Positions 38,747 to 51,807 are shown, numbered from the stretch's first letter. The stretch is DNA of 64,000 nucleotides from Enoplolaimus lenunculus (GCA_030248215.1 JASANG010002214.1:1-64000); one strand, 5' to 3'. The notes: generated by a model not told the origin, from the letters alone. Numbers and translations: made by a program.

Positions 38747-41222
38747 GCTGCTGCTGCTGCTGCTGTTGATGTTGTTGTTGATAATTCTGTTGTTGCTGGC
38801 GATGTTGTTCGTCTTGCTGCCGTCGTTGGTGTTGTTGTTCGACAAACGTTTCCAGTTCGATGCTTCGTTGGCACGGTTGAGAATATCGCGTTTCGCGTGT
38901 TTTGCCCGTAATTGCCGCCGCTGTTGCTGTTGTTGCTTTTAGACGTCTTCGTTGATACGCGTCGTCTGAGCCACGTCGATGGTCACCTTCCATCTCGTAG
39001 TGTGGTACAATTCTTGAGAAGGCCCCCGTTGATGCATTTCTACCCAAAGACCAAGCTGGATCGCCAGCGAAACTACTATGAGACCCTGGAGTAGGCTCAG
39101 TATGTTCCCTACTGCCGTGCTGCCCTACATAATTCGGTTGAAAATGAACAAATGGCTGGGGTAAGTAATGTCGACGTTCTGGAAACAGGCGTGTGCCCCG
39201 GGTTCCCCAATGCCCTGGCGGCACACCCTCACATGAATCGCCTCTTGATCGTATTGGTGAATTTGGACTACTGTAATATGCATGGCTTTCATCAAAACTG
39301 GCACGACATACTGTAAGGTAGTCAGTGCTTGAAGTATTTAGGTTAATAGCATACTGAACATTACTGATTTCATCTGTACCCGCACTAGCTCTGTGTCGAG
39401 CATTCGGGGGGCTATCCGAAGTTTGACGTTCCCAGTGAGGTCGCCAATTTTCACCACGTTGTTGTTGTTGTTGTTGTTGCCTTCGAAATCGTCTATGCCG
39501 ATAGTGACGTCGGTCACTATGTTGGTGTTCACCCAGTGCTACGAACGCTGGTTCCACCGCGTACGGCATATCACAACTGCGAATTATCGGTGAAACGGGT
39601 TGATATTCACTGTTCAATTTTGACGGATATTGGACAGCTGCCATCGGTTGTTGAGTATAATCAAAAATAAGCGACTTTGGCTCACAATTAAGCGTCCAAG
39701 GTGTATCAAGAATATACCGTTGTTGGGTGTCGGCGATACCTGACGCAATACTTGCCGATCTTACTAAACTTGAATTATTATGTGGTTCTGCTAAATAAAT
39801 ATCTTTATTCAACTCACCTTTAGCACGCTTACTTCGCGAATTCGCAGTTGCGTTATAACAATAATTCTCTTGATAATCAATTATTGCTGTTTCAAGCGTA
39901 CAGTCACTATTGCCTTGGGCGTTCTGATTCGTATAACTTCTACTGCAACTGTTATTATAAAGACGGTCACATTTGTTTAGCTTTTCAGCCGTCTTACAGG
40001 TTGTCTTAGTAATGTTGCTTTTATCGCGAAAACTATTATTTGTTTGATGTTTTGTTGTTGTTGGTGGTGCTGTTGTTGTTGTTGCTGTTGTTGTTACAGG
40101 TGAACCAACATTATTAATAGCAAATTCATTTCTGCTAAAGCCTGAATCTATTCGATTAATACACGTTTGTGTTCGATCATGGGTAATACGCCTGTAAGGT
40201 TTGGTACAGGTATACGTGTCACGATAACGACCAGGCAAAGTAGCAAAATTTTCGTTACAGCTATCAGTTCTGTCGTATGCGAGTAGCGATATTTCGTCTG
40301 CGTACGGCGCAGCAAACCTGTGACTTGAAAAGACTGTCGAATTTACTGAGAATGGTGAACTTTTGTGTGACTTTTTTTCGTGTCGTTCACTGATCCGGGT
40401 TTGGATCATCGGAATTTGAGATGTGCTACAGTAACTGTGTTGCCATTGGGCTGTTTGTGGAGCAGTTGAGTAATTGAGCATTGCTATATCACAACTCTCG
40501 AGTGACACTTTTGCGTGCGGTGGTGTGTCTGGTGTGCGATTGATCCATTCTGACGATATCATCGGTATCGGTGCACAGTGTTGAGCGCTCACATACTGTG
40601 AATCAGTGTAATTGTCGAAATTTGAATAATTAGGGTCGAAAAACCCCGTATAACAAGGCTGGTACTCATTGTCTGACGGGCTGAGTAACGTGTTGTAGCA
40701 ACAATTACGACTCCTAAAGGATGAACTGTCGTTTACAGCACCGGAGCTACTACGGCCGTGAGTGACAGGCCAACAAATTGAATTTTGTGGCTCGGCCCAA
40801 CCATCAATTGGCCTATAAATTTCAGCCGCATCAGACGCAGACCGATGCCTCATTCTTGCGCCTGAACATATTTGATAAGGCAGGTTCAGTTTGTTTGCAA
40901 CATTACCGCTTGGATTTGAGTAATTTTGACTTGAACCCATAGGACCTGCGGCAACTGGACTGGTTGCTTGCGACTTACATCGTCGATCACTTAGCGATCG
41001 ACCCATTCGAGGTAGATGCGTCTGGTAGTCTTCGGCCGTCGCGGGTACAACTTGTCGTGGTGGGCTAGAATTGTGGAGCGCTGGCGATAGGATTTGAGCG
41101 GATTTTGGGCAAGATGACGCTAAGCTATATGGGCCTGACGTTTGAGGTAAAACAATATTGGTGCAAGTTGTGTCGTCGTTAGATGGTTGATGTATGGTTA
41201 AAAGTGGAACTGGTGTATACAT
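38343..41222 (-). CDS. Large tandem-C2 (synaptotagmin-like) protein, exon 1: low-complexity/polyQ N-terminus
   Basis: 960-codon open frame ending at gag|gtatga donor, phase 0, compatible with acceptor at 36879; linkage to the C2 exons is inferred. Confidence 0.65.
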
Positions 41223-41461
41223 TATATTAAATCAATATATAATACTTTTTATGTATTTGTTTGTTTGGTGCATTTGTGAGATGTGGGGTTCCCATTGGTG
41301 TTGGTTTGTTTATCTAGTTTGAACATGTAACATAGAACCATTAGATATTGTGAGAGAATCTACAATTCGTCGCCCGACAACTTGTCGCCCAATGTTTCCT
41401 AACCCTATTAGTATGTATAAGCAAGCGTAATCTGAGCCTAAACTTATAAGCTAAGCATAGC

Positions 41462-41648
41462 GGCCCATGTTACTTTAAGGGGCGTACAGATTTCGGGTGG
41501 GTATATAAAAGAGTAGGTTTAGTTTCTAGATTACATTTTTTTGCTTACGCTTAGGCTTAGGAACTCATTTTTGCAACGCTTAGGCTTAGGCTTTAGGCTT
41601 AGGAATACGCTTAATCAAACTGTTACGCCCCTTAAAGTAACATTGGCC
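41462..41648 (-). mobile_element. TTAGGC-bearing MITE, subfamily C
   Basis: TIRs; TSD agcatagc/agcataat; 240 bp upstream of C2-gene ATG. Confidence 0.8.
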
Positions 41649-41876
41649 AGCATAATGATGGGCGACAGATTGTCGAGTTGATGAAATTTCGAATTATGAG
41701 TTTTGTGAGAACGTACATAATAAGACTGCATACTGTACGAAACTGTAAAGCACCAAGTGACGTTTGTATTTGGTGTTAAAATATTTTTCAACGTGCTAAA
41801 TCACATATGACCATGATAGGAGGCGTATTCAAAATATACCACGATGGTGTAGTAATGTTGTCTACATTAGCGAACT

Positions 41877-42503
41877 TATTGTAGTGGCCCGAATAAGGGG
41901 GTAATAAAAGGGGGTAATTAATTTTGAGTCCCAATCACTAGGAGTTCATATCCCTAATAAGAGTCCGTAAGCGGATAGTCCCTAAACCCGAATTGGAGTC
42001 CATAAATGTCAATTGTTCCTAATTGCAGTGCATAAATGACTCCAGGACCAAATAAAGTTGAGTTTAAAATTTAGCAGCAGACTCAAGATTTAATTGTACA
42101 TTCATATATATAACCTTGCATTATCGCTCAAGCTTTCGATGCAAGGCAAATAAACGTTTAATTCAACGATAGTTGCAGTAGTACCGGACATATATCAGTA
42201 ACGAAGGGTGACGAAGCGTGGGTTGAAAATAAATTACAGTCCGTTACCGATTAACATTGGTGGTATCCTCTTGAGAGGCCAAATAAATATTAGTCTCTAA
42301 CTCTATTTGAGTCAATCAGTGGCGGATCCAGGATCTCAAAATGGGGGGGGCAAAGTTTAACAGGTAATAAACTTACTTTTGACCCATACACAAACCACGA
42401 ACTATTGTCACAAAATTGCTATATAATTTTTGTCGAGATGCTGTTGGGTGGGGCCCACGGCCGGGGTTGCCCCCCATGGATCCGCATTGGAGTCAATACA
42501 GTA
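41877..42503 (+). mobile_element. TA-flanked MITE interrupted by a hAT-type MITE
   Basis: interior homologous to 16091-16536; right TIR split by insertion 42317-42489. Confidence 0.75.
42317..42489. mobile_element. hAT-type MITE (CAGTGGCGGATCC TIR)
   Basis: perfect 8-bp TSD gagtcaat. Confidence 0.8.
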
Positions 42504-43118
42504 CATTATCTGTTTACAAATTGCGTTTAAATCTGGCACTTTTAAATGTTTCGCCAACTGATTGAGTACGTAACTTCCTGAGTACTTTAAGACAGTGAGT
42601 ATAATGTTTATTCGTAGATAGATGTATATATCAAAAAGAAGCCCAGGAGGGCTTATGTTGGACCAGCATACTGAAATTAAACTTCAACCGCATGGTCGTG
42701 CCATAAATGACTCGGGCTTTCTTCAAATTCTAAACTCAAAGTTCTTTATCAGTGGCGAATCGTGTTTTTGTGTGGTGGGTCAGAAGTTGTTTGAGAGCCC
42801 CTTTTCAACTAATTGACAAACTGACGTGGAATAGCGATGGAAACTATTCGAAAAAAAGAGCAAAAACGCCAGATGCAATTTTTTGATACGAAACGCGAAA
42901 ATTTACTTGACTTAGTTTCGCAATTTTATTAAAAAATACGAATGAAATTTGAAAATAAAGGTTAAAAATGTTATCTGCTCAGAAAACATTGAGGGTACGT
43001 CCAACAAGTTTGAGTATTTAGTGGGAGGCACGTGCCTCCCTGCCTACCTTGGTGTGTGTAAACGCGTGTATTAAACTTGCAAGATTTAGAAGAATTAGTA
43101 AAACGTAGATTTTGCCTA

Positions 43119-43518
43119 CCTGAATCGTTTTGCCTAATTTTAAACCAGAATCGTTTTGCCTAATTTTCAACCTGAATCTTTTTGGGAAATTTTAAACCTG
43201 AATCTTTTTGCCTAATTTTAAACCTGAATCTTTTTAGGTAATTTTAAACCTGAATCGTTTTGCCTAATTTTAAACCCGAATCTTTTTGCCTAATTTTAAA
43301 CCTGAATCGTTTTGCCTAATTTTAAACCTGAATCATTTTGCCAAATTTTAAACCTGAATCTTTTTGCCTAATTTTAAACCTGAATCTTTTTGCCTAATTT
43401 TAAACCTGAATCGTTTTGCCTAATTTTAAACCTGAATCGTTTTGCCTAATTTTAAACCTGAATCATTTTGCCTAATTTTAAACCTGAATTTTTTTGCCTA
43501 ATTTTAAACCTGAATCTT
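43119..43518. repeat. 26-bp minisatellite x~15
   Basis: unit cctgaatc(g/t)ttttgcctaattttaaa. Confidence 0.9.
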
Positions 43519-45017
43519 AATTTTAAAACAATTTCAACAGTCATCTTGTTACATTCACCCGCAATGGAGAAAACCACATCGATTGCACGTATTTGTTCTT
43601 TTTTTCGCTGCCACGAACAAAAAACAATATTTTCATGTTTCAAGACCATTAATATACTATCATTTCTTGTTAAAATTAAACAATTTATTAGACAATAAAG
43701 TCAACCAACACAGCCGTACAAACCCGAACAGATTATGGGAATATATTCTCTTCTGAAATTTCTGGCGACCGAAAACAAAGCACTATTGGCTATCTTTGGA
43801 ACAATCTGCTGGATCTTAGAGGTTCAAATATTTTTCTTTTACTCGAGGTTTACCCTTTCTCGGTCTCAAATTTCCACTGTGCGCCTGTACGTCTGCAACA
43901 GTACGGTCGTACAACTTTTAGCGCAGAAGAATTGTAAAATAAAGTTCAGAATTGCAGTCATGATATTCACTTTATGACGCAAACCAAAAAAAACGTGCAT
44001 ACCTACGGCTTACGAGCCCTCAGCTTGTATTCTCACGAGATAAGACATTGTGGTTCAACTCGATTTTTGAACTTTTTTTGATTAATTTCGGGGGGGTTTA
44101 GTTCTCAGGCTTGTTTTATACAATCAGTTCAGCGTTTTTTGTTCAAGAAAAGCGCAATAAAATTGCAAAAACTCGCCACAAATCAAACTGAGGTTATTAG
44201 GTTTGTTATAGACATCCTACACATTTACAGCGCCCCCCCCTTTGATGGATCTGCTCGTATTGTGAATTCGATCATTTTCTGTCAATCCATATATTTTGTT
44301 TCTATACACTCAAGTATTAAGGTAAGTTCTGTTTTAATTTCAGTTTCTAGACGTAGTGTATAAAATCAACGTGGTAAGTCACTAAAATTGAAATGTATTC
44401 CAAGGATATCAGAGCAGACTACGTCTCAATTTTAGTACTCTGCTCTGATATTCTGAGAATCGTAGTAAAATTTTTACGCAGCTTCGTTAAATCAGTATAG
44501 GCCGCAGGGAATTATAGCACACGATCAATTACTTGAGTTATGAAAAGCTTGCACAATATCACTAGTGTATGGTCTACGTTATAATAAAATTTCATTGATT
44601 TTAAACGCCGTAACAAATTAAAAAAATGAATTTTTGATGTAGTTACAACTTATATGCTTCATCCTTAAGCAGCTTTTTGTACACTTCTCAAGCCTTGGCC
44701 TAAGCCTAAACCTTAAGTCTAAACCTATACATGAGCATGGACATTAATAATAAATGTGGAAGAAATTGCATAAGAGCTCGTATCGATACGAGATTCAGCA
44801 AGCAGAATTTTGATACTTGCAAAATATTATCGATTAAAAGCCGAAGCGCCTCACATACGTATTTTGGACACCGTTTCAGTATAGAACAAGTATCAATAGT
44901 GTCTCATATGCTAAATATGATCGCGCTTCGTCTAATATGGTCTTTGCGTCTGTTTTAGTAGATTTAGTCTTGTTTTAGAACAAATATGTTGAACATATGC
45001 CAAAAACTACGTTTACT

Positions 45018-45223
45018 AGTCTGAAAAAATGGTGAGTCTTAACTCTCTCCGAAATAGGTTCTACGGGACTACAAAAGCTGAGTGAAATTCGACTTCACCA
45101 GAGTCAAATTCGTCTCACTTAGTAGCACGTTTGACTCTGGCGGAGTCGAATTTGACTCAGTTTGTGCAGTTCCGTAAAGCCTATTTCGGAGGGAGTCAAT
45201 TTGATTCACCATTTTTTGCAGTG
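45018..45223. mobile_element. CACTG-terminal GAGTC MITE
   Basis: right TIR intact, left decayed. Confidence 0.68.
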
Positions 45224-47319
45224 TCCTAAGAACGTTTTTTAACGTTCCAAAAGGAAAAGCATCCACGGTAGTTTGGTCTGCTTCAAAGTAAAAGTTTAAA
45301 TTCTCTACGTTGAAAAATATGCTACGCTTTTAGCTGAAATTAATCTCAGTTAAACTAACCATGTTTAGTAGACTCAGCGCTATATTATCTAACCGTCTTT
45401 AATAAAACTCAATAATATATGCAATTTTGTCTTACAGACCTTAATAGCGAACCGTACTTGTTTACTTCGAATTTGAGCATAAGTATCTGCTGATAATAGC
45501 GTTTTTGGACAAAAATTAGCAATTATAACCTGTCTTCAACGGCTTCGGTAGCTGTTTAATATATTACAAAACTTTGTACTATTCTCGTGATGGTTTAATC
45601 TGAATACATCACCATATTAGGTTTCAGCGACGCGGTTAGGATTACTCAAACGGGTGCTATGTTCTATTTTTTGATACGGCGATTTTTTGAGTTGCCGAAT
45701 AAAAAAGTTCCAAAAACCCAAAAATTCGTAAAACAGTTGCGGTTGACCCGTGAGCGCCATCGACCATAAAAATCGCTACATCGTTGATAAATTTTGCTGC
45801 TTGCAAAGTCGATCCAGTGAACTGTTTTGTTGCTAATCACAGATATATCGAGAGTAACTGTTTTGTACTTACTAGTAAGCCTTGGAGGCTAAAATATACG
45901 CCTTAAAATATAAAGATTAATAGCAAAGATTGCTTTTGGAACTGAACGCTCATTTATGAATATAAAAACTGATAAATTGTTCACATTTATTTTAATCGTA
46001 ACAAATCTTAAGCTTTCAAGAAGCATAACCCTTGTATGTAAAAATATGACAGTAACACGTGTTCATTAAAAAAATTGCCGTTATTAAGCTGAGCGAACAC
46101 AATGTATTCGATGTTAGGTACCAAATTATCAAATACTGTAGTAACCCGTATAAAAAGGGGTGAGAGCTGATATTTATTTGGCTCTCCATTGTGTACCTTT
46201 TGTCTTTCGGTTATGTCCTGCTATCCGTTCCGGCTGGCCTACCGTCCGCCCTGGCTATCCTGCTGTCCTCGATGTTCTGCTGTCCACTGCTGTTCCGGCT
46301 ATCCAGCTATCCAGGCTGTCCTGCAGTCCCCGCAGCCCAACTTTTCAGCAAAATCTGAGCACCCAGCTGGAGTGATTTTACTTATTTCTTCACATTTGTT
46401 GTCCGTGGGACGGCGGGACGGCCGTCGAAGCAACACTCTAAGTAACTTTCAAGAAATTTTTAAGCTTTGCTTGCGTAGATTATTCAAAGTTAAACGACTA
46501 CTTTTGACAACATTGCGGAACTGTGTAGTCATTATCGCAAACAGTTTCGGTCCAGATTCAACTTGTTGACCGTCGGCTGGGTATTCTTTGCTTCCGGTTG
46601 CACACTATCATCCACCAACAATTTACTAGTCGTCCAACTTTGCGCAGTACGCAAAAGTATTAGCGAACGCATAAATAGCTGTAAGCAAATTTTTTAATTA
46701 TACAATAAATTATGCTGGATACTTGCCCAAAATACGTATGTTGCGTACTCCAACTTTAAGTTTGTAGATTGTGACGCAAATCAAGGTCAAGCGATTACGC
46801 AAAATCGATACAATGGAAAAGTTAAACAAATGGTTTTCTGAATGCAATAGAAAAAGTGTTTGGCAAAGGTGGGTCGCGGGTAAAAGCAATGTAGCACGGT
46901 TATATCCGCGGGTAAAATATAAAATTTCTCTGGGTAAAGCATGGACCGGGCAAAGAAATCCATACCCACTTTGATCTTTATGCTAATAGCCGTTGGTTTT
47001 AAGTATATATGGTGAATAAAAAAAGATATTTGCTGATTTTCGTACCGGAAAACCATGTTATCTTTTCGTAGAAACATGTTTGTTTAGAATTTTATTATGT
47101 CATTGGTAACTTGATTATGCTTGCATAAACAATTCTCAGGAGTGAAAGGTTGAAAAGGTCAAAGAACATGAATAATATGCATTGTAAATTACAACAGACA
47201 ACGTTCATTTATATTGAAAATTTGACCAATTGTTTCAAATCATACTTAAATAATTGAATATTTCGGTATTGGCATAGTGGAGTTGAGATCATCGCAATGA
47301 CATTCATATTTAATGGAGA

Positions 47320-47499
47320 CAAACCCGTAGATAGTTGGGGTCAAGGGGCTGGGATTCAACTACATGGAACAATTTTGCCCCCCCCCCCAGAAAATTTTCA
47401 ATCTTCCTTGTAAGTCACCGGACAGTGACACCATTGTTTATATGCCGCTCCTGAAAAATGTTTAGCCCTCCAAAGCGAGGTGAGCTGGCTACAGGCCTG
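47320..47499. mobile_element. hAT-type MITE (CAGGCCCGTAGCC-like TIR); related copies near 12660-12793, 24290-24444, 25796-25956, 27838-27999
   Basis: shared 3' end aaggtgagctggctac.ggcctg; TSD aatggaga/aatggaaa. Confidence 0.6.
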
Positions 47500-47755
47500 A
47501 ATGGAAATGAAAATGTTTTTTATTTTCCAAAATTAAAAACATCCAGCGGTTTATTGTTTTTGAGGTTAACCGGGCCAGTAGCCAATGGGAGGGGCAGCGG
47601 GGGCTTAGGCCTGGAAAAATTTTGCCCCCCCCCCGCCTAGAAGATTTTCAATCTTGCTTGTGTCATTGAAAAACAAAGGTAAATCAACAAATCTTCAACA
47701 AATCTTAGGATGACGACCTTAGATTTGTTTTGCAGTGTGATCGCGTTGTCCATCT

Positions 47756-48063
47756 ACTGTAGTGACCGAAATAAGAGGGGGACTGATATTTATTTGGCCT
47801 CTCCAGAACTTACCCCTCTTATTCGGTTACAGACTATTATTTAATTTCAACCCGCCCTCCGCCACCCTTTGTTACTGATATATCTCGGTATTGCATCTGT
47901 CCGTTGAATTAAACGTTCGTTTGTCTTGTGTCAATAGCTTGAGCGATAATACAAGGTTATACTTAGGAATTTACTTTCAAAGTTTAAAGTACGCTTTATA
48001 GTTTCTAACTCAAATTATTTGGTCCCGGAGTCATTTATGTGCTACAATTAGGGATAATTGACA
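47756..48063 (-). mobile_element. Truncated TA-flanked MITE
   Basis: one TIR plus ~300 bp of interior. Confidence 0.72.
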
Positions 48064-50527
48064 TCGCCGTCTTCAATATTTTCTATTCCCCTTCGTTTTT
48101 ACAAACATCTAGTGAATTAAGCAACTATTCGGTGATAAAAATTATTTCAAATTCTGGTTCCGGTTCGTGTTCCGGTTCCTGCAAAGAAATTCAATTCCTG
48201 TTACTGTTTTTGTTCCGGCAAAACTTAGTTCGTGTTGAAACCCTGAGACATATATACATACACACATATATACATATAGATATATACATATATATCAGGG
48301 ATCCAACAGGAACTAAATTTTTCCGGAACAGGAACAAGAACAGGAATTGAATTTTTATGCAAGAACCGGAACAGGAACAGGAACCGGAATTTGAATAATT
48401 TTCATCACCGAATTACTGTTGGGCTTTTTGGAAAACTTGTTAAAAAATGGTTTAAGGGAATTTTCAGCTATTTCGTCATTAAGTTTTGCGAAAACACATA
48501 CACATATATACACACACATATATATGTTGGTGTATTGGAAGTAACACTAAGTGTACTCAATGAGCAAACTTCGACTAACCTTTCGACGCTTATGCAATCT
48601 GGCACTGTACATGTGCTAATTAAATTTTCGGTCGTTGTGTTTGTGCATTAAAGAAGATTTAAATGGTATAAAAATCTATCTAATCAACGTTTCTTTGCTT
48701 GCCGCTGTTGAGTTGTTTGCAATTGTAATAGCAATTGAGTAGCGGACGATTTCGATTGTCGCGTGAGCGGAACGAGACAGGACCGAAACTACGACTAAAA
48801 TATTGTCTTAAAAAATCTTCAAACCGTTTAGAATGACGCTACGATTTAAACAAGTTCTCCCCCAGATCCGTTTTGTAACTGTGGTAACAATTGAATTTCG
48901 AAACATTTCTTTAATTTTACTGTGGCACGATTGAACTCAACTACAAATAGTGACGTAATTTTGGAGTCATGACGTGAGCTACAGCCATTGAATTTTACAA
49001 TGGGTGCAATATTTTAGATCTATTCGCCCGTGTAAAGATCGGGAGCGGAACGTTTTTCTACGTGTCTGCTACTATAGAGATAGCTTAAGCTTTGGAACAT
49101 TTCTTTGCTTTTGGCTTACACCTATTAAGCTTAGGTGTCAACTCATTTTTGCGCTTAGGCTTAGGCTTAAGATTATGCTTATACTACCGTTGAAGCAAGT
49201 TACATGATCGAACGCTAAAAAGTGTTATTTTGCCAAAATCACCTTGTTTTGCAAAAAAATCTGACACACAAGATGTTTAAAACAAAATAGAGTATGATTT
49301 ACTTTAACTCTACAAAAGCGAAAGCTTTTTTGCTTTTCATCACAACTGAAAATGAAATTGTTTGTTATAGTAGCGGTTTGAACAGGTGTTGTATGCTGAA
49401 TATTTTCTAAAAATTCAGCCTGCATTTTTACCTCTGATCGAACTATCCCCTCGCAGTAATCGGCTTAGTCCAAATCCCACCCCCAGCTTGTGTATTCTTC
49501 CGGCCCTGCCTCTCAGTTGCATACCATTTAACAGTAACTTTGCTTTTTCGCACCGCTCCTTAGTTACGCCCGCTGTTTTTGTACCTAAAGCGTTACATAT
49601 TGCTGATATTGTCAATTGCGGAATAGCTTATTATGTGTAGATATTTAACCCCTGTTTAATACAAGAAACGAAACAAAATAATTACTTGGCTTATAAATCA
49701 GTAAGTACTTAGATGTCCAGAACGCTCCTACTGACTATGTGGCGGCGTTTCCAGTTGAAACGCTAAGCAAAAGGTGTTTTATCATCATAAGCCGTTCGCC
49801 GTTATTATTCTTTTAGTCCACCCTCTTTCATCCATTATGCCAAGAACCAGTTGGAGACGGCTGTTTTGATGATATTGCCAAAACAAAAACTAAAACTGAT
49901 TTTACAAACATTTTCACACAAACACCGGGTCACAACGATCCTACTCCCACAGAAAAATGCTCCGCTCCTGATCTATACATGGCCTACAACTTCGATGGCA
50001 GCATTATCGCTACCGTTGTTGTGTTCGCCCCTCCCCCCCCGACCCTCCTGACAAAAATGATTTAAACCCAAAAAATTTTACGATCACAAAATTTTTTTTG
50101 CCACCTCTAGAAATGTTCTTGTACCCTCTACTAACTATCTCCTGGTTGAAAAGCTGACAATCCAAGTGTGAGAAGCAATTGTTGAATCGTTGTCGACGTG
50201 TAAACGCTGTTTCATTATCGAATTTGAAGAATATAGTTGTTAAATGCCGAGCGCGAGTGATGTTAACAAAAAAATATCAAACACAATCATCAAGTATTAA
50301 TACGCTTTTATACACTATTCTAGTGTTTCAATCTTAGACCTAAGGTAGTCACAAAGTGCAGGGTAGCGCAATATTATAGTCAGCCATCTGTTGCTATAGT
50401 TGTGTCATATGACATTTTGGAGCCCAATCCGCTTTCTGCAAGCTAACTATTTTGACACAAGCATAATTAAGGATTTTGACTTGATAACTGTAATAATAAT
50501 AATAAATGGAGTTCTAGCTTTAGTGTG

Positions 50528-50531
<4 letters not shown>

Positions 50532-50600
<69 letters not shown>

Positions 50601-50622
50601 ATTTATATATATTATATATATA
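50532..50622. repeat. (TA)n microsatellite
   Basis: direct inspection. Confidence 0.9.
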
Positions 50623-50629
50623 AATACTA

Positions 50630-50834
50630 CACGGCAAAAATGGCGAGTCAAATTGACTATGTCCGAAATAGGGTTTTCGGGACTACACAAATTGAGCCAA
50701 AATTCGACTCCACCACAGTCCATTCGACTCACTGAGTCGCACGTTTGACTCTGGCGGAGTCGAGTTTGACTCAGTTTGTATAGTCCCGAAAGCCCAATTT
50801 CGGAGAGAGTCTTAACTCACAATGTTTTACAGTG
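50630..50834. mobile_element. CACTG-terminal GAGTC MITE
   Basis: TA flanks, TIRs. Confidence 0.72.
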
Positions 50835-51273
50835 TACGATGTAAACGGATAGTAACGGAATATACCGAGATGTAATCGCATCACCAGTTTCGAAAACTGT
50901 TATCATATACTGGTTCTCGATTTATCAAATACGAGAATTTATAAATTTTTGATATTAAAAATAAACTTACAGACAGTAGAGAGAAATTCAACAAAATTAA
51001 ATACTCAATCATCAATTGTTTTGCGTGTAAAGTCTTTCGACTGAATTTATACACGAAAACAATTGAAAATTGTACTCTGCTGAGCTCGTATTGGCACAAA
51101 ATAGTAACAATTTTTGAAACGTTTCTGTTTTGGTTTTCAATATATAGTTCAAAATGAAGCTCAGTACCGAAGACGAAATTGTTGTGAATTTTAGTATGGC
51201 TTTGTCGGCTTTTTCCCATTAGACATTGGTCTCTGTATAAAGTGTAATCTGAGGAAACCTGACAAAAAACCAA

Positions 51274-51807
51274 TGCCAGTGTAAAGAAGATTGGCGAACA
51301 GTATTATGAGCATAATCCTAAGCGTAAGAATAAGCGTAAGAATGAGCATAATCCTAAGCCTAAGCCTAAGCCCAAGCGTAAGAATGAGCATAATCCTAAC
51401 CCAGCCTAAGCCTAAGCCCCACCGTAAAAATGAATTTATTTCTAAGCCTAAGCCTGAGCCTAAGCCTAAAGCGTAAGAATGAGCATATTCCTAAGCCTAA
51501 GCCTAAGCTTACGCCAAGCAAAAAAATTAGTCTAAAGCTTAAATTTACTCTATTGCAGTCCCACAGAAAAACATTCCGCCCCTGATATTTATATGGCCCT
51601 AAAATAGCTTAAGCTTACTCTATTGCAGTCCCACAGAAAAACGTTCCGCCCCTGATATTTACATGGCCCTAAAATAGCTTAAGCTTACTCTATTGCAGTC
51701 CCACAGAAAAACGTTCAGACCCTGATCTTTACATGGCCTAAAAAGCTTAAGCTTACTCTATTGCAGTCCCACAGAAAAACATTCCGCCCCTGCTCTTTAC
51801 ATGTGCC
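51274..51807 (+). mobile_element. TTAGGC-bearing MITE, subfamily A, with four tandem right ends
   Basis: perfect TSD aaaaccaa outside the outermost end. Confidence 0.82.

Noticed and set aside
38392..39593. Overlapping/antisense ORFs with poly-L, poly-V, poly-N, poly-T
   Set aside because: Alternative frames of the polyQ-coding trinucleotide repeats
49225..49640. Short ORFs at 49.2-49.6 kb (also 57612-57800, 61175-61727)
   Set aside because: No recognisable motif or consistent exon chain; cannot be supported without a homology search
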